Below are positions 44,708-56,300 of a stretch of DNA of 64,000 nt, piece by piece. Each line of letters begins with the position of its first letter. The stretch's first letter is position 1. The DNA is taken from contig OZ024745.1 of NCBI GenBank assembly GCA_964016885.1, positions 17,112,001 to 17,176,000 on the forward strand, written 5' to 3'. The notes under the pieces are model-generated. The model ran no database searches, was not told the origin of the DNA, and saw only the letters and a list, made by a program, of their open reading frames with translations. Both the position numbers and the translations under genes were made by a program. This stretch comes from Eledone cirrhosa (taxonomy: Eukaryota).

Positions 44708-45030
44708 ATCTCTCTCCACAGATCCTGCACAGAGGGCTAGCCTCCTCCTTGTAAATATGGTGTTTTAGCCACTTCGTTTTGAGGGCCTGCTCTTGCGCAG
44801 CCATTAGCATGTCTTCTGTAGCCTTTTTAAGGTCTCCTCTTCTCGACCAGTTCCATGTCTCTGGATCTCTGAATTCCGTTTTCTCAAAAAAGGTACTGTG
44901 AAGGGATTTTTCATGAAGGTTGCTCTTTCTTCTTGTTATTTCGTCCTTGGATATCCCCTGGTCTATTGTCCTCTCCTTCAGTACAATTCTGAGCATTGGC
45001 TCCACACTATCGGTCACGTATTTGTGTAGG
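44708..45030 (-). pseudogene. Fragment of a second R4/Dong-like family (post-RT region)
   Basis: W..RGDLKKATE.MLMAAQEQAL.T...CRICGE; same family as 49720-51030. Confidence 0.8.
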
Positions 45031-48000
45031 TTATTATTATTATTATTATTATTATTATTTGCATTCATCTTGCTTTATGTTTATACGAGTTATCACCAAG
45101 TCACAACCAGTGACCTCAAGAGACAACAAGGTCCGCCATGTTCAAGAAAGAACACACATATTCACACATGCATCCTTAGTGTTTAGACTTGTGATGTACT
45201 TATATTGACAGGATCTTCCTTAGTATATGGGCAGTTCCCATTAGTACTATATTTTGTATTTCTCCTATACGCGGGTTTCCTGGGATTTGCGATAAGTAGT
45301 CGTTAGACCCCTTAGGTATCATTCCCAGAGCGCCTACAACCACTGGTATTGTTTTAGTTCTCAATTTCCACATTTTTCCAATTTCTATCTCCAGGTCCTT
45401 ATACTTGCTCAATTTTTCAAATGTTTTTATAGATACATTCTTATCTATTGGAACAGACATATCAATTAGCAGGCATACCCTCCTTTGAAAGTCCTTCAAT
45501 ATTATATCAGGTCTATTTGCATCTATTTTTCGGTCTGTTTGGATGCTAAAGTTCCACAAGATTGAGATGTGATCTTTTTCAAGTATGGGAGGTGGTTGAT
45601 GCTCCCACCAATTCTTTTGATGGGGCAGGTCAAAATGCTTACACGTTATCCAATGTATGTATTGTGCAGCTCTGTCATGCCTGTTTAGGTATTCGGTTGG
45701 AGCTATAGGACTGCACATTGAAATTATATGGTCAATGGTCTCTGGTTGTTTTTTGCATACACGGCATAGTGGGCTGCACCCATTTTTTATTATGTTGGCT
45801 TGGTAATTTTTTGTTGGCAGACACTGATCTTGTGCCGATATAATCAGTCCTTCAGTCTCCGATTTCAGTCCAGAGGATGCCAACCACTGATGGGTTAAAG
45901 TTTTGTCAACATCAGGATTGTTAGCTCGCTCTGGGTATTTTCCATACAGAGGCTTTTCTTGCCATTTCTTAGCCAGTTTCTGTAGCAGTTCTTTCTTTGC
46001 AGTTACTTTTACCTGCTTTGCTTTTTCTGTGTTTTCCATTTCAGCAGTAAATGGGACTTCTGAAATTTGTAGTCCATTACTGTATCTTTGTGCATCTTTT
46101 GTAATGGAATATGATCTTTTGGTGCTTTCGTGTTTCAAAACGAGTTTGATCATCCAATCATGTGATTCCCTTAGATATGTGGATAATCCAATTGTTGCAG
46201 TTTTCAACGCAATGTCTAACTGGATTAACCCACGTCCTCCTTCTTTCCTAGGGAGATATATTCTATCTATGTCTGCCTTAGGGTGATGCATTCTGTGCAT
46301 GGTTAAGAATTTTCGGATTTTTGTATCGAGCCTACGGATCTCTGTGCTTGACCAGTTGATGACATTGTAACTGTAGGTTACTACTGGTATGGCAAGCGTG
46401 TTTATGGCATCGATCCTATTCCTTGCATTCAATTCCGTTCTTAAGATTGCTCTGACTCTGCGGAAACATTCATTCCTTATCCTTTCCCTCATTGTCGAGT
46501 GCTTGATTCCGTCTCCTTCACAAACACCTAGATATTTGTAAGTTTGTTCTTGATCAAGCTCTCTTATCACGTTCCCCCGATCAAGATTAATGTCTGAACT
46601 CTTCAGCAGCTTTCCTCTGGTGAACGTTGCTTTGGCGCATTTATCCAGTCCAAACTCCATTTTAATGTCATCACTGAACTGCTCCACAGTGGATAATAGC
46701 CCTTGCAATTGTTCATCATTTTTTGCAAATAGTTTCAGGTCATCCATGTAGAACAGGTGATTAATGGTTTTGTCATAGACTCTATATCCATGTTTTGTTT
46801 CATTGAGCATTTTACTTAATGGTATAAGTGCGATGCAGAATAAAAGCGGTGATAAAGAGTCACCCTGAAAAATTCCACAATTAATGTTAACTTCTCCAGC
46901 TTCCAGTGATTTTGTTTCACTATTCAAAAGGAGTGTCGTTCTCCATGTCCTCATACTGAATGACAAAAACCTCCTGACAACGGGGGATATTTTGAAAATC
47001 TCTAAACATTTTTCAATCCAACTGTGTGGCAAACTATCAAATGCTTTTTTATAATCTATCCAAGCAATCGATAGATTTTTGTGTCTATTATGACAATCTT
47101 CCAGTATCATTTTGTTAACCAGAAGCTGATCCCTACAGCCATATGAGCCTCGTTTACACCCTTTCTGCTCAATGGGAAATAGGTCATTTGTTATCAGGTG
47201 GTCATATGTGTATTCAGTTAGGACTGATGTTAAAATGTTATACATTGTGGTCAAGCAGGTTATCGGTCTGTAATTTTTGGGATTGTTTGTCTCATCATTC
47301 TTCGGTAGCAGGAATGTAATGCCGTTAACTAGCCATGATGGTATCTTTTCTGGCTCCTTAACTATTTCATTGTAAAGTTGGGCTAACAGCTCATGAGACT
47401 CTGTGAAGGCATTTATCCAAAAGTTTTGTATTTTGTCTTTTCCTGGGGATTTCCATTTGCTGGTTTTTCTTAGAGCCAAGCGCAGCTGTTCAACTGTTAT
47501 ATTTTCCCATGTTTGTTCTTCAAGGTGAGCTGTTTCTTTCATTTGTCTGTCTATCCATGGGGCATGTATGTTATGAACTTTTTCTTCGGCCCAGATCTTT
47601 TCCCAGAATTCTTGCACTTCCTCCTTGGGTGGTATTGATTTAGCAGTTATTGTTGACTTACCAATTTTTCTGTAGAAGTTTCTTTGGTTGTTTTTGAACA
47701 TATTATTGTCCTTATAGAATCTAGATCGTTTTTCAAAGCGCCTTATACGAGCAGCTTTGGCCGACACTTTTTGCTTGATTGTTTCTATCAGCATGTCTAT
47801 GTCACATGTTGATCTTATACTGTACTTTTTTTTCAATTTTCTAAGTTTAGTTTGTTTAACATGTTCACCTACTTTATAGTTTGTTAAAATTTCTATGTCA
47901 GATCGGAGAAGGTTTATTTGGCGATTGATGTTATCTTGCCAAGTAGATTTCTTGTGGGAATTCCTTTGTTTTTTCATCTTCACTCCACATAAGTGAGTGG

Positions 48001-49030
48001 TGACTTTAGCCGATGCATAATAGAGATGATTTAAGTCAGTAATGTTTATTTTGTTTGTGATGATAATGTTTTTGAGAATTATGTTAGTCTTGTGTATTAT
48101 CTTTTGGTTCTGTTTGGAGTTCTGGATCTTAGGGAGGGTGTCTCGTTCCCCCATGTCAGATTCTTTCATTTTCATCCATTCGATCATAATTTCATCCTTC
48201 AAGTTGGCAAGTTCATTCTCATTCATTTCTTTATCATTTACGATCTCATTATTTTCATTTGGAGTTTCATCCTGAGCATGCACTCCCTCCACTTTTTCGC
48301 TCCTTTCTTTAATTTGTTCTGTTGCCAGTGATTCCGCCCCAACTCTGGGATTCGAAGTGTTACAGTTTACCTCGTTTTCACTGACACATGCTTCATTTTC
48401 CCTTCGCTGACTTTGTGCTACTAGCTTGATCTGATCAATTTCTATATCAGTTAGTAACTTTTTTCTTACAATATTTCTTCGTATATTGGCTAGTTTGTTA
48501 CTGTCAATATAGCCTCTGTTTTCGGGATGTTTCTTTTTCCAGTTGATATATGTTTGCTCTGTATTCGATGTATTTGATGGGTAGTACATGGCAGTGTAGA
48601 AAGCCTCAAGGACTTCTTTATTATCTTCCCTTGACCATTTTTCTCTCTTTTTCTTTGGATTTCTTGGTGGTGAGCATGGAGGGCCAACAGTAGGAGTATT
48701 CCGGTTATGGGAGGTCTCCAGCTCCGAAGTGATGGGAAGGTTTGAACCATTAGCTGATTTTTCGACCCCAGTCTGGTTCCTCTCTGAGGGACGCGGCCCT
48801 TTTTTACCCGGGTGACGGCCGATCCGGTATGAGATTTCATCATTAGACATCTACCTTATTTTGTCGCGTTTTATCCTTAACCGCCAAGGGGTAATCTTTT
48901 CGTGTTACCACTTCTAGAACGAGTGTCAACCAAGACTAGAGGGGTCGTTCTCCCCTAGAGACATGGCTATTCCCCGCCGGCCGCCATCCCGGTATTTCTT
49001 GGTCACGGGGTTTTCTTTTTGTTGTTTTTT
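45031..49030 (-). mobile_element. Full-length R4/Dong-like non-LTR retrotransposon with (TAA)n tail
   Basis: Single ORF, 140-bp 3' UTR, (TAA)n at 45031-45059, structured 5' UTR; the 5' boundary is approximate. Confidence 0.88.
45200..48850 (-). CDS. RT + CCHC zinc finger + restriction-like endonuclease (R4/Dong clade), 1216 aa, intact
   Basis: KSPGKD, NYRPITCL, EQKGC, DYKKAFDS, GIFQGDSLSP, YMDDLKL, YKYLG, CRVC..ETIDHIISMC, RHD, RPDI...ID..P, K..KY.DL. Confidence 0.93.
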   Translation of the reverse strand: MSNDEISYRIGRHPGKKGPRPSERNQTGVEKSANGSNLPITSELETSHNRNTPTVGPPCSPPRNPKKKREKWSREDNKEVLEAFYTAMYYPSNTSNTEQTYINWKKKHPENRGYIDSNKLANIRRNIVRKKLLTDIEIDQIKLVAQSQRRENEACVSENEVNCNTSNPRVGAESLATEQIKERSEKVEGVHAQDETPNENNEIVNDKEMNENELANLKDEIMIEWMKMKESDMGERDTLPKIQNSKQNQKIIHKTNIILKNIIITNKINITDLNHLYYASAKVTTHLCGVKMKKQRNSHKKSTWQDNINRQINLLRSDIEILTNYKVGEHVKQTKLRKLKKKYSIRSTCDIDMLIETIKQKVSAKAARIRRFEKRSRFYKDNNMFKNNQRNFYRKIGKSTITAKSIPPKEEVQEFWEKIWAEEKVHNIHAPWIDRQMKETAHLEEQTWENITVEQLRLALRKTSKWKSPGKDKIQNFWINAFTESHELLAQLYNEIVKEPEKIPSWLVNGITFLLPKNDETNNPKNYRPITCLTTMYNILTSVLTEYTYDHLITNDLFPIEQKGCKRGSYGCRDQLLVNKMILEDCHNRHKNLSIAWIDYKKAFDSLPHSWIEKCLEIFKISPVVRRFLSFSMRTWRTTLLLNSETKSLEAGEVNINCGIFQGDSLSPLLFCIALIPLSKMLNETKHGYRVYDKTINHLFYMDDLKLFAKNDEQLQGLLSTVEQFSDDIKMEFGLDKCAKATFTRGKLLKSSDINLDRGNVIRELDQEQTYKYLGVCEGDGIKHSTMRERIRNECFRRVRAILRTELNARNRIDAINTLAIPVVTYSYNVINWSSTEIRRLDTKIRKFLTMHRMHHPKADIDRIYLPRKEGGRGLIQLDIALKTATIGLSTYLRESHDWMIKLVLKHESTKRSYSITKDAQRYSNGLQISEVPFTAEMENTEKAKQVKVTAKKELLQKLAKKWQEKPLYGKYPERANNPDVDKTLTHQWLASSGLKSETEGLIISAQDQCLPTKNYQANIIKNGCSPLCRVCKKQPETIDHIISMCSPIAPTEYLNRHDRAAQYIHWITCKHFDLPHQKNWWEHQPPPILEKDHISILWNFSIQTDRKIDANRPDIILKDFQRRVCLLIDMSVPIDKNVSIKTFEKLSKYKDLEIEIGKMWKLRTKTIPVVVGALGMIPKGSNDYLSQIPGNPRIGEIQNIVLMGTAHILRKILSI

Positions 49031-49719
49031 TTAAATTGTTATTATCATGAGTGGTACCTTAATGTGAGCATTGCGTGGCTTAAAAATGAAATTATTAATA
49101 ATTGTCTCCACTCCAGGGACAAGGCCAGCAATCACCCAGTGCATTACAATAATATAATATACTTTTTGTTGTAGTTGGCTGTTATTGCTGCTGGCTATGT
49201 CGGTGGTGGTGCCGGGGCTTTTTATATTGTTGGTGAGGAAGGGGTGAGCCAGCAGTCCCATAATTGTTGATGTAGACGTTTGTCCGTGGCAAGGTCACCA
49301 AGTCAATCTATTTATATCTTTTGCTAGCCTCTCTCTTGTCTAGTGCTACCACCACCTTCCCTTTTCTCTCTCAAGTTAACAGGGGAATAGTGTCAGTAGC
49401 ATTCAATGAGTGGTGGCGGCGATGATGGATGTGGTGGGGAGGTGGCAGCGGTGGTGTTGTGGTTACTGATATAGTATCTATGAGTTTGTGTTCGTATGTT
49501 TAATATATATTTTCATTATATTTTGTGTTGACATATTCCCGTAAAATTTGAATTAAACATTTTTTTAAATTTGAGACAATAATAATAGTAATTATTATTA
49601 TGATGCCGGTGAAGTTGCCGTTATATTTAGTGTGATGGGATAGGTAGTGTATCAAGTTTCTGGTGTTGGTGAAATTGAAATTGCCGCTGTTCTATATAGT
49701 GTAGACAGCACTACCTGCA

Positions 49720-51030
49720 GCCTCAGATATTCAGGACGTATCGGAGGGTCCTTGCTGTTACCAGCAATCATGCCTTTTGAAGCGTTCCAAAAAGCTTGAA
49801 GGGACCAATATTCTTTAACCATCCCTGGAAACGTTTTGAGATAGTACCTAGTGCGCCTATGACAATCGGGCCCACTTTGACTTCATGGCAGTTCCAAATC
49901 CTTTTTACCTCTCACTTTAAGTCCTGGTATCGGTTAATTTTCTCCCTCTCCTTCTCTTGCACTCTCGTGTCGAAGGGGCAGGCCACATCCACAATCAAGC
50001 ACGATCTTTTTTCTTTGTCCACAACCACCAGGTCAGGTCTCTTGTGTTCCAGTTTCTTGTCCGTCTGTATCCTAAAATCCCACAGCACCTTCACCTGATC
50101 GTTTTCTATCACCGACTCTGGCTTATGCTCATACCACTTCTCAGAATGTGGTAAATTGTTTACTTTGCATAGGTGCCAGTGGATCACCCTGCCCATCACA
50201 TCGTGTCTCCAGCCCTTATAGTGAGTCTGGGCTAGGTGTTTACATCGGATACAGTGTGAGCCACAGTCTCCTCTCTCTCTCCACAGATCCTGCACAGTGG
50301 GATAGCCTCCTCTATGTAAATATGGTGTTTCAAACACTTCGTTTTGAGGGCTTGCTCTTGCGCAGCCATTAACATTCTTTCTGTAGCCTTTTTAAGGTCT
50401 CCTCTGTGTCTGTGGATCTCTGAATTCAGTTTTCTCAAAGAAGGTACTATGAAGGGATTTTTCCTGAAGGCTGCTCTTTCTCCTTGTTATTTCCTCCTTG
50501 GACATCACCTGGTCTATTGTCCTCTCCTTCAGTACAATTTTATTTATTTCAGCATTCAGATCATTGTCTGCTTCGGAAGGTTCCTCCGTTCTCTCAACCT
50601 CTTTACCTCTATTTCCCACTGGCTCGTTTGCCTGGCATGCTCTACTCTCCATTTTCAAGCTAATCTCTCTGCTCATTTCCTCCAGTTCCAACTCCCTTAT
50701 CCACCCATTAGTTCTTATTACCCGAGCCTGCCCGGCCAATTTTTGTGCATCTAATTTAAATAGACCAATCTCGTTCCAGATGTTATGCATCCATTTCCTA
50801 TAGCCTTTCTCCTTGGGGTTACTCTTCAGGTAACATTGCATAACAGTTCTATTCAATTCTTTCGTCCAGTCTCCACTTCACCGTTATTCGAACTGTTTAG
50901 GTTCGACATTTAAACACTCTTATCGAGGATTGGTGAATGTATGGTTACACAACCACCGGTGATTTCATCACCTCCGGTGATTTCGTCACTCCCGGTGATT
51001 TTTGTGTGGCACTATCACGCTGTAGACGAA
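49720..51030 (-). mobile_element. Internally deleted (RT-less) R4/Dong-like element
   Basis: N-terminal MQCYLKSNPKEKGYRKWM..LAGQAR.I...ELELE runs in frame into post-RT IVLKERTID..., then CRICGE, RHD, RPDLVVVD..IVDVACP..EKI.RY.DL. Confidence 0.8.
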
Positions 51031-51058
51031 CATAAATAAACAAACAAACAAACAAACA

Positions 51059-51091
<33 letters not shown>

Positions 51092-51300
51092 GGCGACCTA
51101 CGTAGGAAATCGTATTATCGTGAGCTCCGCAAAGGTTTGTTATTTCCGTTTGTTTAAAAATTGCCATTTATGGAAAATTTTATTGTAAACTATTTATAAG
51201 CACACATACATTGTTTTCCGAAAAGGACACCCAAAAAGATTGGGGCCTTGTGCCCAAAATTTTAACTTTTATTATTATCCAAAACTTTCTTTGAAAAAAA

Positions 51301-53263
51301 ATGGCTAATTCCCCTCTGCACGAAGCAGCTGAAAGCCTTCTTCACAAAATAACACCTCACACCGACACCACCATTGTAAATGTTACTACGTTTGCCAACA
51401 CAAAAAAAAATATAAGCAGTAGCAATATTTTAAATTTGTCTCAGGCAGACATTCATTTCCCGCCATTACCAATGACTGCAGGTGTTAAACCCTCCACCAC
51501 CACCACCACCGCGACAACCACCACCACCACCACCACCACCACCGCGACAACAGAAACAAAAGAAGAAAAAAATAAATTAACTCGTGACGTCGAAATGAAA
51601 TCAAGCAAAATGGACTCTTCCCCACCAAAGACGACTGACGTCACCACCACCACAACTGAAAATAAAATTAATATTAACGATAGCAACAACAACAACAATG
51701 ACATTATAAAACCGACCCTCAGTTTCGCCATCGTAGCAAAACAATTCGAAGCGTTCACGGTAACTCAAGAAGATTTAGAAAATGCCAAACAAATGGTAAA
51801 GAAAGATGGGTACAGGGTCAGCCTCACCCCCCCCCTAATAAAATGGAGCATCGGCGCCTGTGCACCGTGTCGTATAGAACAATAAATGTAAAATCGCGCC
51901 GAGTGGAACGGGCATCCGAGTCCCAAATCCAAAAAGCTTTGGGACATGTGTGGGCAAGAAAAACCCACATCAGACGTGAGCAAAAGTATGGAACCGTGGA
52001 TGTGTTCTTTGAAACACCAGAGGAGGCTAGAGAACACTCCATGGCCCCATTAAAAAGTGACGACCTCTCACTCGTCCCAAGCTATTGTGGCCAGAGACTC
52101 GTAAAGATCAGGGTGATCCACGTTCCACCGGCCATCGAAATTCCCTGGCTAATAGCGGCTGTCCTCGCCGGCATCGAAGCCAACACGAAAATAATAGCAG
52201 TAGCAAAAGAAAAGCAGGAAAACTGGTCCGGATCTGGGATGGAGCTCCTGATCCAAGCGGACCAAAAAAGCATTGAGGAGATCCCAGAGGTAATAGACCT
52301 CACTGACGGCAGCCACCTCACGGTAATTGTCGGGGGCAGAAGACCTAGGTGTGTCGTTTGTGGTGAAGGAACCCACCTAAGGGCTTTCTGCCCTCAGGCT
52401 AAAAGGTTGAGGCCACCTCTCCTACCTACCCCAGTGACACAACCATCAACACCACCAGTAGCAGAGATGGCAGCAACAACTGTAGCAGCAACAACAGAAG
52501 CAACTATAACAGCAACAACCCCAGCAACAGTAGCAAAACCAACACGACTACCACCACCACCCAACGCTTCAGAACTAGCACCAGCGCCTACACCATCCAC
52601 CACACCACAAACAAAACTAACGGTTGTGGAGGATTTTCCACTCCCCGGCCTATCACAACTGGAGACAGATTGTGACGAGGAGGAGTGGGAAACGATATCC
52701 GGAAAAAAAAAAGAAACCAAAAAAGAAAAAATTCTCTTCCTTCCCCCTCCAAAAACAAAATACAGAGGGAAACAAATAAACTAAGAAACAAAAAAGTTAG
52801 GACAGATATGCCACCATCCACACCAGCATCACCAACCCCATCAACCCAAACACCAACACCATCACCATCATTATCCCCAGCACCACCATCACCTACACCA
52901 CAAAAGTCACCAAAATGCGAAACAGAAACAAACCCACAACAAACGCAAACAAAACAAAACAACCAAAACGATACACACTACACAGCATTAAATTTGAACA
53001 ACAAGCAATTATTACACTACATCCAACACAACACCAGCATCACAGAAAAAGACTACACAACAACCCCAAAATTCACACCACCTCCACACATACAAATCAC
53101 TCGCATCACACAGAAAACGTACATGACACTAAAACAAAAATTCCCCAAAGACATCGGAGACTTCCGACAAGCATCTCCAGGAGGATTTATAAGGACATCC
53201 TTCCTGAGGAGGCCACAAGCAGTGAAAAGGATGGAAAAGCCGTCCTTCCCCTACGAGAAGTAA
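51301..53263 (+). CDS. ORF1 (gag-like, CCHC knuckle), broken by two frameshifts near homopolymer runs
   Basis: Overlapping ORFs 51301-51885, 51843-52784 (CVVCGEGTHLRAFC) and 52685-53263; shifts near poly-C at about 51830 and poly-A at about 52705. Confidence 0.75.
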
Positions 53264-53302
53264 GGTAAGTGGTCTTTCCCATCTTTTCCACTCCTTTTCA
53301 AC

Positions 53303-56300
53303 ATGACCTCATTCAGAATAGGCAGCATAAATGGCTTGGGGTCGTCATGGAAGCAGGGCCACCTGCTCAACGACCTCAGGTCACTAAACATAGATGTAGT
53401 GGCCATCAGCGAGACCAGAATCTCCGAAGCACAGGATTTCGCACCGATCTTCGGCGGCTACGATGTGTACGCATCTCCCAGCCGTCCGGGATCGGGGGGA
53501 GGAGTTGCTGTGCTTTTTCGGAGAGGTTTGGATCTTGCCATACGGGCCATCTTCCTGGACCCAGAAGGTAAGTTGGTGGTGCTGGACGTGACCAGCGGAG
53601 ACGGGCAAGCTTTCAGGTTAGTGGCCGTCTATGCCCCGACAGGAGCAGGGCGGCCTGATTTCTTCCGGCGTCTGGAGACCTTTCTAGGAACGTCCCGCTC
53701 TTTAGTGTTAGTGGGCGACTGGAACGGGATCTTAGATGCACGCTGGGATTGTGTGGGATTAGTGGATAGGGAAGGAGGGTGCAAGAGTCTCACCAACCTG
53801 CTCAGACGTTTTGAACTGTCTGACAGGTACCGAATGGATTTCCCGAATGTACCAATGTGGACTTGGACAAATCGCATAGGGTCATCCAGATCATATCTAG
53901 ATAGAGTATTTTGTAGGGAAATAGATAGGTCTAGCATAGGCTGTCCACAATTCAAGATAGTCAGCTACACGGACCACAAATTCGTGATCTGTGTGCTTGA
54001 CTTAGATAGGCTTCATAGACGAGGACCCGGCTACTGGAAGTTAAACGCGTCCTTACCAGCGCGCAAGGCCTACAGAGACCGGATTAGCGAACTAGTTAAG
54101 CGGGCGTTGACGGGGGCCATCGTCAACAACAAGTGGTGGTTTGCTCTGAAAAGAGCAATTAGAATAGAGTCCATTAGGTTTAGTAAGACTTTAGCAATAG
54201 AGAAAAATAGAGCAGAGGGAGAATTAGTTAGAAAATTAGATGAGGCGCTTAGCAAAGGCATCGCGACCGACGTACTTGCGGCGAAATTGGCCCTTGACCA
54301 ATTCTTCAATGCAAAGTACGAAGGCTGCGTTGTCAGAGCTAGGGTGCGTGCTCTCAGACACGAGGGGACGAAAGCCGTTCAATGGGCCCGAGTAGCGGAG
54401 GCGCGTCGTGGCAACAAAGCCACGATCCGGTCTTTGGTGGACCACGACGGGCGCATGCTACTCGATCCCGGGCAAATGTGTGAAGCTTTTCAGCGACACT
54501 TCGCTCAACTGTTCGGGGGAAGTGGCGGGCCGGATCGAGGGATGGACTTTAGTGTCTACCTCGACGGTCTGCCGCGGCTTTCGGCCACTGAGGAGGAGTG
54601 TTGCGAAAAGCCGATAACAACCGCTGAAGTACGGGATGAAATGACTAGTTGCACAAGGGGTAAATCGCCTGGTTTGGATGGTCTGCCCTATGAACTTTAC
54701 GTACAAATGCCAAACTTGTTCGGAGGCCTCTTGGCGGACGTCTACTGCAACTGGCAACAGAACGAGAGAATTCCCAGCTCTGTGAGCCGAGGAGCGGTGG
54801 CGCTGCTGAGAAAGGATCCGAACAAGGGGGATAACATAGATAATTTTAGGCCCATAACTCTGCTAAACACAGAGTTCAAGATTTTGGCCAAGGTGCTAGC
54901 AAAGAGGTTGGCGCTTGTCGTTGGTGGTCAGGTGGGAGAGGCACAGACATGCGCCATTCCCGACAGATCCATCCACGACAACCTCCACCTCATGCGATAC
55001 ATCGTAGAGAGAGTAGCTAGGGAACCTGGCACGGGTGGATCTTTGATCAATTTAGATCAGTCGAAAGCCTTCGATAGGGTCGACCATCGTTACCTAACGG
55101 CAGTCCTGAGGGCGGCTGGCTTTGGGCCCGTCTTCAGAGGCTGGATCGCTGCCATGCACAGCGACATCTGCTCTGTAGTGAGAGTGAACGGTCACCTTTC
55201 GGAACCGTTCAACATCATGCGCTCGGTCCGCCAAGGATGTCCCCTCTCGTCCCTATTGTACGTATTGACTCTCGAGCCATTACTGCACAAACTGGAGACG
55301 TTGAGGGGGGTCCCGCGCGAACTAGGATGCGGAAGATCCGTGTCAGCATATGCCGACGATGTCACCGTAGTGGTGTCGAACGCCAAACACATCGAGGCGA
55401 TCGGCACTACACTAAGAGAATACGAAGCGGTGACAGGAGCAATGATCAACCAGGAAAAGTCAGTGGGCCTGCAGCTCGGCACCTGGAGAGGCAGGTCCAT
55501 GTCGTCCAACAGCGTCGTCGGGCGCTGGATGGACGGACCGGTTAAATTGCTAGGGGTCTGGTTCGGTCCAGACCTCCAGACGGACAAAAACTGGGACGAG
55601 GTGACGAGCAGGGTGGCTTCTCTCACCCAGAAATGGGCGGAGAGGAAGCTATCCATGAAAGGTCGAGCGGAGGTGGCGAATGCGTACATCGCATCCGTCA
55701 TCTACTACCGCCTGACCGTCGTACCTTGTCCTAAGCCCCGCCTGACTGCGCTGGAGCGTTTGCTCTTTCGCTTCTTGTGGAAGGGACGCGCTCCGATGGT
55801 CAGGGGGTCCATCTGCTGTCAACACCCGCTACGTGGAGAGCTGGGCATGCCGTGGCTGATGATGCGCAGACACGCGCTCAGGCTACGACATCTCCACCTC
55901 TTCCTCGACGGTGATCAGGTGTGGTCGCCGTTTGCAAGACACGTTTTTCCCCAGCTCGTCCCCTTGACGGAGCTGCAGTCCTGGGTCAAGCGAAGACCGA
56001 GAGGGAGCGCTTGGAGACTGGAATGTCTTCAGGCGCTCACAGCCCTCGACCAATCGGGCAATGTGATCGGTGGAAACTCCACCTTGGCGTTCTATAGGGG
56101 ATTAGTGGAGGGGAAGAGCGACGACGTACTTGGAGAAACTCTAGGCGTCGACGAAAATCAACTAGCCAATCTCTTCGGAAGAACTTTCGGGCCGGGGCCT
56201 ATGGACAACTTCCAGAAATGCCTGGCCTGGCAGTGCTACCGAGGAGCTTTGCCAGTTCGGGATAAACTCTACAGGCATGGAGGTGCCGTCAGCCGGGCAT

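Noticed and set aside
48975-48983. GGCCGGC on minus, identical to the HDV genomic ribozyme start
   Set aside because: No complementary P1 3' strand or UCCUCG-type L3 downstream; likely coincidence.
51820-51845. Programmed frameshift in Tx1 ORF1
   Set aside because: The shifts lie at homopolymer runs whose length differs between copies; mutation or sequencing error is more parsimonious.
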